Source: Planctomycetota bacterium (GTDB taxonomy: Bacteria; Planctomycetota; SZUA-567; H5-PLA8). From it: a DNA stretch of 64,000 nt. The notes beneath the pieces were generated by a model, which saw only the letters and a list, made by a program, of their open reading frames with translations, was not told where the DNA came from and made no database searches. The position numbers and the translations under genes are program-made. Position 1 is the stretch's first letter; every line of letters starts with the position of its first letter. This document shows, piece after piece, positions 37,852 to 46,653 of this stretch. The DNA is taken from contig JBBRPR010000007.1 in NCBI GenBank assembly GCA_038227875.1, forward strand, positions 32,001 to 96,000, written 5' to 3'.

Positions 37852-38223
37852 TTATTTACACAGTGGGCGCTTTAGTTTCCGAGACGGTTTCCGTTTAGTT
37901 TCCACGTGTCGCCGCCGCCGATTTAGCTTAATGCCAAGCGTGGATTCGACTTCTGCAATAGCCCTTGAAATGGTTTTTCGCGCCATGCCTAATTCTTTTT
38001 CAATGATGTCATATTTTGGTACCTCGTCCTTTGGTTTCAAACACAAATACTCATGCATCTTTTTCGCGGCTGGCGAGAGCTTTGAAATATTGCCGCGCAG
38101 TTGATGAAATTCAATTGCTAGTTCCTCGCACATATCCGCAAGGCCGACTACCCCTTTTCGAAGATCGTCGCTTCGTAAAATTGCGTCTCGGTAGGCACGA
38201 ATGCTTTCTACAAATTTATACAT
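37852..38223 (-). CDS. HTH-containing hypothetical protein
   Basis: PKYDIIEKELGMARKTISRAIAEVE and a basic C-terminus. Confidence 0.65.
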   Translation of the reverse strand: MYKFVESIRAYRDAILRSDDLRKGVVGLADMCEELAIEFHQLRGNISKLSPAAKKMHEYLCLKPKDEVPKYDIIEKELGMARKTISRAIAEVESTLGIKLNRRRRHVETKRKPSRKLKRPLCK

Positions 38224-38253
38224 TGCGCTTGCTCCGCGCTGCTCGTGAATAAA

Positions 38254-38307
38254 GCCGGGGGCAGACTGGCGAGCATACCAGTCAGGGAGCTACCCTTTGC
38301 CCCCGGC
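38254..38307. ncRNA. Putative structured RNA (three-way junction)
   Basis: Outer stem GCCGGGGGCA/TGCCCCCGGC enclosing the hairpins GACTGG/CCAGTC and AGGG/CCCT; intergenic. Confidence 0.45.
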
Positions 38308-38317
38308 GTGCTGCATT

Positions 38318-38773
38318 CTACGCTGTCGCCTGCAGATACTCCAACGCGTCGTCCTCAAGGCAGCTTTCACCGTGCTGCCGGGCAAATTCAACTACGTCCG
38401 AAAACAATCGGTAGACCTCTGACAAATTCTTTCCGGGCGTGTTCTCTACTAAAAATTCCGCCAGTTCATGGCACGCGAAATCGTACTCGCTGTTTTTATT
38501 CAGCGGTCCGCCGCACTCACGATAGATTCGAATTGCTCGACGCATGGTATTAACAAAAGACTTTCGCCGGCCGCCTTTGTTACCGTAAACGGCGTGATGA
38601 AACGTCGCACATGCGTATTGCCAGCTTGCCCGGCCGTAGAGCTGCTCAGCGACCACGAGCGCGACTTCAACCGCGGATTGTCCACCGTCCATCGGTGAGC
38701 CGATTGGAATTCCCCATAGCATATCGAGCAGGTCTTCGCCGACGTCGTGGAGTGTTGCCTGTGCGCGTTTCAT
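38318..38773 (-). CDS. Hypothetical helical protein (element cargo)
   Basis: 151 aa, ATGA-coupled to the upstream ORF. Confidence 0.6.
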   Translation of the reverse strand: MKRAQATLHDVGEDLLDMLWGIPIGSPMDGGQSAVEVALVVAEQLYGRASWQYACATFHHAVYGNKGGRRKSFVNTMRRAIRIYRECGGPLNKNSEYDFACHELAEFLVENTPGKNLSEVYRLFSDVVEFARQHGESCLEDDALEYLQATA

Positions 38774-39276
38774 AGTTCCACCGCCTTCCGGCCGGCGAGC
38801 ATTTCCGCCAACTCCTCCGTGGGACTGCCTTCCGATTCGTGCTTATTCTTGTCGCGGGCGTGATACTTCACGGCTTCGCTGAAATGTCTTGCGGTCAGGG
38901 CGTACAGATGATTGTCGCGGAGTCGGCGCGCCAGCCAGAAATTGAAATGCCACAGATTCCGAATCTTGCCCGGGTATCGGTGTGCGTATTCGATGGCGAC
39001 TTCGTAAAATTCAATTCCGCTGCCATAGCCCCGCGCCATTAAACTGTGACCGAGATCCGTGAGCACCACACACTGCCTTTCGTCGTCGGCATTTCTCAGC
39101 TGAAGGTATGAGAAAACCTTCAGACTGTATTCATGGATCGGCGCGAAGCTTGTGCTGCTGCCGCTTGAGCTGGCCCACACGGACCAGCCTACCATCGAGG
39201 CGAAGTGCCTGTCGTTCAAGAAATCGTCAACGGTGAGGTCTTCTACTTCGCGAAAGGTGAGTGGTATTTTCAACAT
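38770..39276 (-). CDS. Hypothetical helical protein (element cargo)
   Basis: Start MLKIPL overlaps the upstream stop. Confidence 0.6.
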   Translation of the reverse strand: MLKIPLTFREVEDLTVDDFLNDRHFASMVGWSVWASSSGSSTSFAPIHEYSLKVFSYLQLRNADDERQCVVLTDLGHSLMARGYGSGIEFYEVAIEYAHRYPGKIRNLWHFNFWLARRLRDNHLYALTARHFSEAVKYHARDKNKHESEGSPTEELAEMLAGRKAVEL

Positions 39277-39848
39277 TCCACCACCCCCTGCGCTGCAAGG
39301 CATTTTTCTCGAATGCAGCTCGTGCCAGTTTTGCAAACATGGTCATCGCCAAGATTGTATTTTTCCTGAAAAACTTCAATGCGCTTCAGCATCTCCAGCC
39401 CGAGTTCTGGGCGGCCCGTGTCCGCGTAAATTTCCGCCAATTCACAGCACGCCCACCCATACACAGTCTCGCGCGCGTATGATCCAAAAAAAACATGCTT
39501 ATCGTAGATGGCGATGGCTGATAGGAGCATCTTTTCATCTTTGGATTCACCTACCGAACAGCAGTGATAAAGCGAATCTGCCGCCTGAAGACTCTCGGGA
39601 CCGAATACGTGGCGCGATAATGCCAATGTGAATGTGTCCACGGCGTGCACGACCGCGTCACTATAGCCGCGGCCGTGAAATACCTCGCGCAGTCCGTGGG
39701 CGAACGTGTCATAGCCCAGTAGTGAGCCCATATTGAACAGGGCTTTCAGGATTTCGTCTTCCGAGGAGGAGCAGACGAGCGCTTCGTTGACGGGCCGGCG
39801 TTTGGCGGGATTGTGTTTTTTTAACAATAGACCACTTGAAGATTTCAT
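39270..39848 (-). CDS. Hypothetical TPR-like protein (element cargo)
   Basis: RHVFGPESLQAADSLY and ELAEIYADTGRPELGLEML resemble TPR helices; start uncertain (39848 or 39896). Confidence 0.6.
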   Translation of the reverse strand: MKSSSGLLLKKHNPAKRRPVNEALVCSSSEDEILKALFNMGSLLGYDTFAHGLREVFHGRGYSDAVVHAVDTFTLALSRHVFGPESLQAADSLYHCCSVGESKDEKMLLSAIAIYDKHVFFGSYARETVYGWACCELAEIYADTGRPELGLEMLKRIEVFQEKYNLGDDHVCKTGTSCIREKCLAAQGVVEC

Positions 39849-39930
39849 CGTGGAAATCCTTTCCGAGACCGTTACCCTTGCCGATACAGATAGCAAGGAT
39901 TTGGCCTACTCACTTTAGGTTGGGTCCCCA

Positions 39931-39972
39931 GCGAGGCGTGAGAGTATCAGCTCTTGCGCCTCGCGCTTTTTT
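39931..39972 (+). terminator. Intrinsic terminator-like hairpin, antisense to the cargo operon
   Basis: 14-bp stem GCGAGGCGTGAGAG/CTCTTGCGCCTCGC (its G-U pairs form only on +) followed by GCTTTTTT. Confidence 0.55.
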
Positions 39973-40028
39973 AGGCGGGTTTAGTCCCGCTCACTTCCGC
40001 GACGCGCCTCCACGCGTCGAAAATCCAA

Positions 40029-40046
40029 TGTCCACAATTGTGGACA
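40029..40046. promoter_or_regulatory. Perfect 18-bp palindrome, putative operator
   Basis: TGTCCACAATTGTGGACA between the divergent integrase and cargo operon. Confidence 0.55.
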
Positions 40047-40294
40047 AATCAAAGCTTCGATTCCGCATCTTCCACACGCTTCCGAATTACCTCTGAACGC
40101 GTGAGATTCCACGCCTTGCCGATCCGGGCTAGAGACTTCACCGTCGCCTTCGGGCATCGGAAGATGATGTTTTGACTCGCGTCTATGGTTTTCGGCCTGC
40201 CCATTTTTGCCATGACTGAGAACCTTAACCGTTTTTTTCTTGCTGTCTACAATAATCGTATATACTGAAGTAGATTTATCGGAGATTCCTGCCC

Positions 40295-41477
40295 ATGGCT
40301 AAACGTGACCCCAATAAATTCGAAGTGAAGGGCAACCCGTCAATCTTCGTTACCATCGCGCGCCACTCCCGCGACGGCGACCACGCGAAGGATGCGTGCT
40401 GGCACTTCGTCTTCTGGCACGACGGTAAGCGCAAGCGGGGTTCCACGGGCAAGACCGAGCACGCCGACGCGGTTGAAGTCGCGCGCAAGGAAGCCGAAAA
40501 AGTGATGAATGCCGCCGTCAATCCTTCGGGCGGTCTCGATCTCGGCGCCACGGTGGCGCAGTACCTTGAAGCGCGCTGGCCGAAAGACCGGAAGCCGGAC
40601 GTGCGGAAGGGCAATCGCAGCTACCAGGATGCCAAGAGCCGCTTGGAGCTATTCGTCGAGTACACCGGGAAGGATGCGCGCCTGTCTTCGCTGGACTTGG
40701 AAGGCGCAAAAGGACTGTTCCGAAAGTTCCTGAAGAAACGGAAGGCCGACGGCATGAGCGCCCGGACGGTGTTGAATGACAAGCTGATTCTCAGCCGGTT
40801 CTGCTCCGAACTACTGGAAGCCGATCCCGCCGTGGTTTACTGGCCAGCGAACCCGCTGAGTTTCGTAAAGTCAGACAAGCCCGACGCGCCGGACGCCGTA
40901 CCCTTGACGGAAGAAGACGTGCAAGCGGTATTGAGCAAGGGAAAGACGTCCGCCGCGTGGCCCCTGATCGTGCTATGCTTGGGCATGGGCTTTGCGGCCG
41001 CGGGAAGCCACGCGTGTGCAGTGGAAGCACGTGAGCTTCAAGGACAATGCCGTTACCGTCTTCGGGAAGAAGCGCGGCCGGACGCCGCAAATGTCCACGT
41101 GGCTGGCCGCCCAGCTCCAAGCGATCAAAACCGCCTCACCGGACGCCTCACAGCCGGACTTCCTCTTCCCCCACAACAGCTTCACCGCCTTCGACTTCTT
41201 CGCAGAGGTACGAAAAGCCGCATTCGGCGACGATGGCGAGCATGTAACGCTGCAATCCCTTCGCCGGACGGCCTGCAGGAAGGCGGCGCCCACAATGACC
41301 GTGCACGCCTATGCCGCGTATTTCGGCCACGGGCTTGCAGTTGCCCAGAAGCACTATCTGGGGTATGGTCTCGACGGGTTGGGCGGGAAGGTTAACGTAA
41401 GTGCTTTGGACTATACCGCCGCGCCCAGCGCACCGCCTCACAAACCGCCTCACAGCGCGGAGGCGAAAAGCGCTTAA
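40295..41477 (+). pseudogene. Tyrosine integrase with a 1-nt frameshift at ~40991
   Basis: N-terminal arm-binding region (WHFVFWHDGKRKRGSTG). Removing one T from GGC-TTTG-CGG restores LGMG-LRPRE followed by FGKK, QSLRRT, FGH and KHY in ORF 40992..41477. Confidence 0.85.
41432..41454 (+). repeat. Putative integrase arm-type sites (right)
   Basis: ACCGCCTCACA-A-ACCGCCTCACA; a degenerate pair also at 41130-41152. Confidence 0.7.
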
Positions 41478-41499
41478 ACCTTATGCAGTAACAAGTTTA

Positions 41500-41571
41500 G
41501 CCATCTTAGCTCAGCGGTAGAGCAACGGTTTTGTAAACCGTAGGTCCTGGGTTCAATCCCCAGAGATGGCT
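41500..41571 (+). tRNA. tRNA-Thr (TGT)
   Basis: Acceptor GCCATCT/AGATGGC, D-arm GCTC/GAGC, anticodon stem ACGGT-TT-TGT-AA-ACCGT, T-arm CTGGG-TTCAATC-CCCAG; CCA not encoded. Confidence 0.97.
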
Positions 41572-41814
41572 TTTCAGAACGACCGACCTTCCTCTCCATC
41601 TTTTTGATTCAGGAGAATTCAGAACCGGGTTCGGCAACCGCACGTCGTTGTATTTAACGACATAAATGACAAATTAGCTTGGAAGGTCTTTCGAATTTAT
41701 ACCTATAAGATTATCCATATTATGATGTTATGAAAATTACTCGCGATCATTTAATTTAGACTTGTCACTTAAATTACATCTCTAACGGTGTTTATTATGA
41801 GCAGGAGATCCTTC

Positions 41815-44481
41815 ATGAAAATCCAGTCCTTGATTGTTGTACTGGCGAGTAACTGCGCGCTGCTTTGTGCCGGTGAACCCGCGCCGGGCATTCCGACTCC
41901 GGTTGCATTCAAGGATGCGCCCGTCAACACGTGGGCTAAGGTGACCGAGTGCAAGACTGGCACTCGTTCGCAACCGCTCTTTGTCTACGTTCCGGGACTC
42001 AAGAAGTTCGTGATGGCCAGCGGGATTCAGTCCTACGGCGGAGTTCCACCGCGCCACTACGACACCGAGGAATTTGATCTCGCCACCGCTTCATGGATCA
42101 ACGCCTATCCGCCTGCCGTGGCCTCCGGTCGACCCGTGTCCGGTCCGGTCGGCGAGGATTACTCCAAGGCTCGTGAGAAGATGGGCAACAGTGGCCCCGA
42201 ACTCTTTTACAAAGATGGCGAACTGCTTCGCCCCGGCTGCGGCGGGCAATGGCAGACGACCAAGCTGAACTACGAATTCGCTTATGTGCCAGACAACGGC
42301 AAAGTCTACGCCTACCTCTACGACAAGACGATTTGTTACGACCCCGTTTCACGCCTGTGGCAGGATACCGGTGCAAAGCCGCGCCCCAGTTGCCGCATTT
42401 GGGGTTCGATGTGCTACGACCCGCTAAATAAGGAGATCCTCCACTCTGGCGGCGATGGCGGCAGCGCCACCATCGGCACGTTCGTATACAGCCTCGAGAA
42501 AAATGAGTGGCGAAAGCTCGAATTCGGTTCGGCCAGGCTCAAAGAGCTCTCGGCAAAAGCCAAAGATTTACGCTGGCAGGCCAAGGCACTGCTGGGCGCC
42601 TGCGCCAACCGTTTTGCTGTGAGCGAGACAGCGGCCGAAGCGAAGGCAGACCTCGCGGCTAAGGCAAATGAGCTCGCCACCGCCGCCGGAAATCTGGCCA
42701 GCGAGGTCAAGAGCGCAACGCTGGCCGATCACGAGAAGACCGCCGGCCAGGTCGCCGCGCGCCGCTTGGTCGCGGCCGCCGAGGCGCTCATGGCCGCCAC
42801 TCCTTCCCTTTCTGGCAAGATCGCCGCGCCCAACGTAGCCGCCATCCGCGCCGTGCGGGTCAGCGTCGAACAGAGTGTGGACGCACTGGCCGCCGAGCCG
42901 CCGGGCCGCGCGCGCTCGCAGAGCGCCTACGATCCGGTCCACAAGAAGATCGTGCTCTTCGGCGGCGACGGGCTCGACAGAGTGCTCGCCGACACGTGGG
43001 TCTACGACTGTGCGACGCGCAGTTGGGAGCAGAAATTCCCGGAGAAGTGCCCCGCCCCGCGCGCCGGACATATCTTCGCATGGCTGCCAAAGGCCAGCCG
43101 TTTCGTCTTGGCAGGTGGCTACAGCCGCGACTGGCTGGAACAGGAGGTCTGGACCTACGATCTCGCTGCCGATGCGTGGAAGCTCCTGCTGCACGTGCCA
43201 CTGGTTGATGAAGACTGGGGCCGACAGAAGTTCAGCCACGACTGTCCGCGCATAACCGCGCGCACCAACATGGTGGGCGCCGTCGACGAGAACGATGTTT
43301 TAATCTGCCCCGACCCGCAGGGCGGCGGTCTGGTCACGTGGGGCTGCAAGATCGACGCGATAAAAATCGATGAAGCCGGCACCGCCGCGCGAGCCTCAAC
43401 CTCCGGAGCCTACACCTTCAACCGCATCGACCCGGCCGTGTGGGAGAAGGCCGCCAAACCCGAACCGGAGAAGACTCGCCAGCTCCTCACCGATTTGCCC
43501 GCCAACCAGTGGACCGCGCTCAAATTTCCGCTGTACGCCCCGGGTGCCACCAACCGCTGGGGCACCACCGCCTACGATGTCGACAGACATCAGTTGCTCT
43601 TCTGGGGCGGCGGCCATGCCACCAGCCAGGAAGACGACGTCTCCCACTTCAGCGTGCTGGGCGGTTTCTGGACCGTCGGCTACCATCCCGACGATCCCAT
43701 CGAGATCATCTACGCATCAGTTCCGACGCCTTTGAGTTTCAACGACCGCGTCCATGTACCCATGCATGCCTACAAGGCCTACGATTACGACCCGACCCTG
43801 GGCAAGATGTTGTACTTCGACCGGGTCTACAACCCGGCGGTGCGCGAGTGGGAGCCGACACCGGTTCCAGGCCTCGAGCAGCACCCCGGTTCTCTCAGTT
43901 GCTTCCTGGCCCCCACGCCCCATGGCATGGTGGCCTACTCCGAGCAGGGCCTCTACGGATTCGATGCCAAAGCCGGGCGCTGGCAGAAGCTGCCCTGGAA
44001 TGGTCCGCCGTTTGGCGGCATCTATTGCGACGGCCATGCCCTGCGCTACGACTCCAAGCGCGACTGCCTGTGGCTGGCCAACGACAAGGTTATCTTCCGC
44101 TACGACATGGCCTCCGGAAAAGCCGAGAAGGTGGAATTCAAGAAGCCCAAGGCGCTGGGACAATTCATTTTCTATAGCGAAGAGGTCTATCTGCCGGACG
44201 CCGATCTCATCCTGCTGATGAATCTCTTCGCCAAACCCGACGGCAAGCTCAGCAACGTCGTTTGGGATCCCACCAATGCAAAGTTCTACTGGGCCGACTT
44301 GACGTTCATGGAGAATGACAAGCCGGTGGAATTCAAGGGCGCACCGTTCAGTTGGTCGGACGCCTTGCGCTACGATCCGGAGCTGAAGCTGATCTTGCTC
44401 AACAACTCCAGTGCGCAAAAGGTCTGGGCCCTGAAGTTCGACCGCAAGGCCGCAAATCTTCAGGAAATTCACGACGAGTAG
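41815..44481 (+). CDS. Large exported kelch-type beta-propeller protein
   Basis: Signal peptide; repeated YDP..K.IVLFGG..DTWVYD..W motifs; Ala-rich helical insert; SD AGGAG before ATG 41815. Confidence 0.85.
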   Translation: MKIQSLIVVLASNCALLCAGEPAPGIPTPVAFKDAPVNTWAKVTECKTGTRSQPLFVYVPGLKKFVMASGIQSYGGVPPRHYDTEEFDLATASWINAYPPAVASGRPVSGPVGEDYSKAREKMGNSGPELFYKDGELLRPGCGGQWQTTKLNYEFAYVPDNGKVYAYLYDKTICYDPVSRLWQDTGAKPRPSCRIWGSMCYDPLNKEILHSGGDGGSATIGTFVYSLEKNEWRKLEFGSARLKELSAKAKDLRWQAKALLGACANRFAVSETAAEAKADLAAKANELATAAGNLASEVKSATLADHEKTAGQVAARRLVAAAEALMAATPSLSGKIAAPNVAAIRAVRVSVEQSVDALAAEPPGRARSQSAYDPVHKKIVLFGGDGLDRVLADTWVYDCATRSWEQKFPEKCPAPRAGHIFAWLPKASRFVLAGGYSRDWLEQEVWTYDLAADAWKLLLHVPLVDEDWGRQKFSHDCPRITARTNMVGAVDENDVLICPDPQGGGLVTWGCKIDAIKIDEAGTAARASTSGAYTFNRIDPAVWEKAAKPEPEKTRQLLTDLPANQWTALKFPLYAPGATNRWGTTAYDVDRHQLLFWGGGHATSQEDDVSHFSVLGGFWTVGYHPDDPIEIIYASVPTPLSFNDRVHVPMHAYKAYDYDPTLGKMLYFDRVYNPAVREWEPTPVPGLEQHPGSLSCFLAPTPHGMVAYSEQGLYGFDAKAGRWQKLPWNGPPFGGIYCDGHALRYDSKRDCLWLANDKVIFRYDMASGKAEKVEFKKPKALGQFIFYSEEVYLPDADLILLMNLFAKPDGKLSNVVWDPTNAKFYWADLTFMENDKPVEFKGAPFSWSDALRYDPELKLILLNNSSAQKVWALKFDRKAANLQEIHDE

Positions 44482-44577
44482 CCACAGGGGGCAAGCACAC
44501 CGGGGAGGGAGGAGCCGGACCAGAGGTATTGTGGCACGGCACTTCCCTCCTCCTGCCTTTCGTTCTAGAATCAGTTC

Positions 44578-46599
44578 ATGAGTTCCGAATCCGTCCGGCT
44601 GACACGCTCTGCTTCTGAATCGCATCCTTCTCAATCCCGTGTGGAAGAACCGGAGGGCGATTCGCCCACGACATTAATGCTGCTCACCGCCTGCTGTGCG
44701 GTCAGCGGTGTCGCGGCGTGGATGATGCACACGCGGTCGGACACGGCCGAACGCGCGCTCTATATTTTCGCATACCTCACGGGCGGGTGGGCGCCGGTCA
44801 AGGCGGTGGTTCGAAATCTGCTCGCACGCAAACTCGACGTTAACCTGCTCATGGTTCTGGCGGCCATCGGCGCGGCGATCACGAATGAATGGGGCGAAGG
44901 CACGGCGCTGCTGTTTTTGTTTTCGCTTTCCGGCGCGCTCGAGAAAATCACGCTCGAACGCACGGCACGCTCGATCGAAGCCTTGATCGAATTGCGCCCG
45001 GACACGGCGCTGGTCATCCGCGACGGCGCGGAAAAGCGCGTACCGATTGAGGAGATCAAAGCCGGCGAGCGCGTGCGCGTCATGCCTGCCGAACGGCTGG
45101 CGATTGACGGCGTCATTCTGGAAGGCCAGACAACCATCGATGAATCCACGATCACCGGCGAATCGATTCCGGTCGAAAAAGGCGTCGGCGCGGAGGTCTT
45201 CGCCGGCACGCTCAACCAGCGCGGCAGCATCGTCGTCGATGTCCAGCACACTGCCAACGAAACCATGCTCGCCAAGATCGTCCGGACCGTCCGCGGCGCG
45301 CAGGACGAGAAAGCCGATTCCGAACGGTTCATCCAGCGCTGGCAGAAGCCCTACGTCATCTGCGTGCTCGCCGGTTCGGTCGCGGTGATGCTCTTTCACG
45401 TGCTTTTTCCGAAGAACGCCGCAGAAGGCGGAGTCGCCGTGTTCACCGCGGCGTTCAAGCAGGCGATGGTGCTGCTCGTCGGCGCATCGCCGTGCGCGGT
45501 GGTCATCGCGGTGCCGGCGGCCACACTGGCGGGCATCACGCGCGCGGCAAAAAGCGGCGTGCTGTTCAAGGGCGGCGCGTTCCTGGAACGGCTCGCGGAC
45601 GCCAAGGTCATTGTCTTCGACAAGACCGGTACCCTCACGGAAGGCAAGCCGGTCGTCGACGCGCTGTGGGGCGGAAACGACGCGCCGATCTCGGTGCTGG
45701 CGACAGGCAAGGAACTCGATGCGGCCGGCAAGCGCATTCTGGAACTCGCGGCGGCCGTGGAACAGCGCAGTGAACACCCTCTCGCGCGAGCTGTCGTGGA
45801 CGCGGCCAAGGCGCGAAAGCTTGTGATTCCCGACGTCCGCGAATTCGAGAGCCACACGGGACTGGGCGCACACGCTGAAATTGGAGAGATGTGGATCGGC
45901 GTGGGCAAGATGGAATTGTTCCAGGCGCACCAGATCAAGCTGCCGCCGGAGCTGCTCAAACGCAGCGACGAAGAACGCGCGGCCGGGCAGACGGTGCTCA
46001 TCGTGGGCACAAATCAGAATGAGTTCGGCATTCTCTGTGTCGCCGACCAGGCGCGCGAAGAGGCCAAGTCCGTGATCGAACGCCTGAGAAAACTAGGCGT
46101 CGAACACATCGCGGTCCTCACCGGCGACCACAAAGCTGTCGGCGATGCCGTGGCGAAAGTGGTGGGCGCCGATCAGGTCCGCGCCAATCTGTTACCGCAG
46201 GAAAAGGTGACCGAAATCGCCCGCCTGCGCCGCAAGTACGGCGCGATCGTGATGGTCGGCGACGGCGTCAACGACGCCCCCGCGCTGGCCGTGGCGGATG
46301 TGGGCATCGCGATGGGCGGAGCGGGCACCGACGTCGCGCTCGACACCGCCGACGTGGTGCTGATGAAGGACGACTTATCCGGCGTGGTGACAGCGATGTG
46401 GCTCAGTCAGGCCACGCATAAGGCCATCGCGCGCGGCCTGACTTTCGCCTTCACGATCATCGGAATTCTGATCATCGGCGCGATGCTGAACGTGCTTCCG
46501 CTTTGGCTGGCCGTGCTTTGCCACGAAGGCAGCACGGTACTCACGATCTTGAGCGGGCTGTACATCCTCGTCGAGCATCCGCCAAAAGAGGCGCTCTAG
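44578..46599 (+). CDS. Heavy-metal P1B-type ATPase (P1B-4 signature)
   Basis: TGES, SPC, DKTGTLT, SEHP, GDGVNDAP and HEGST; no N-terminal CxxC domain. Confidence 0.93.
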   Translation: MSSESVRLTRSASESHPSQSRVEEPEGDSPTTLMLLTACCAVSGVAAWMMHTRSDTAERALYIFAYLTGGWAPVKAVVRNLLARKLDVNLLMVLAAIGAAITNEWGEGTALLFLFSLSGALEKITLERTARSIEALIELRPDTALVIRDGAEKRVPIEEIKAGERVRVMPAERLAIDGVILEGQTTIDESTITGESIPVEKGVGAEVFAGTLNQRGSIVVDVQHTANETMLAKIVRTVRGAQDEKADSERFIQRWQKPYVICVLAGSVAVMLFHVLFPKNAAEGGVAVFTAAFKQAMVLLVGASPCAVVIAVPAATLAGITRAAKSGVLFKGGAFLERLADAKVIVFDKTGTLTEGKPVVDALWGGNDAPISVLATGKELDAAGKRILELAAAVEQRSEHPLARAVVDAAKARKLVIPDVREFESHTGLGAHAEIGEMWIGVGKMELFQAHQIKLPPELLKRSDEERAAGQTVLIVGTNQNEFGILCVADQAREEAKSVIERLRKLGVEHIAVLTGDHKAVGDAVAKVVGADQVRANLLPQEKVTEIARLRRKYGAIVMVGDGVNDAPALAVADVGIAMGGAGTDVALDTADVVLMKDDLSGVVTAMWLSQATHKAIARGLTFAFTIIGILIIGAMLNVLPLWLAVLCHEGSTVLTILSGLYILVEHPPKEAL

Positions 46600-46653
46600 C
46601 TCTCACTTACGCATCGAACTTGCGTCACGCGTTCTCGACATTCGACATTCCCA

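Larger units (their letters stand above)
28502..41539. mobile_element. ~13.0 kb integrative phage-satellite-like / defective prophage element in tRNA-Thr
   Basis: 40-bp direct repeats, terminal tyrosine integrase, HTH regulators, primase/helicase, portal, TerS and TerL; composition visibly differs from the flanks. Confidence 0.9.

Noticed and set aside
40992..41395. C-terminal part of the 366-aa ORF as a real protein domain
   Set aside because: It is out-of-frame read-through after the frameshift; the catalytic motifs are in the other frame.
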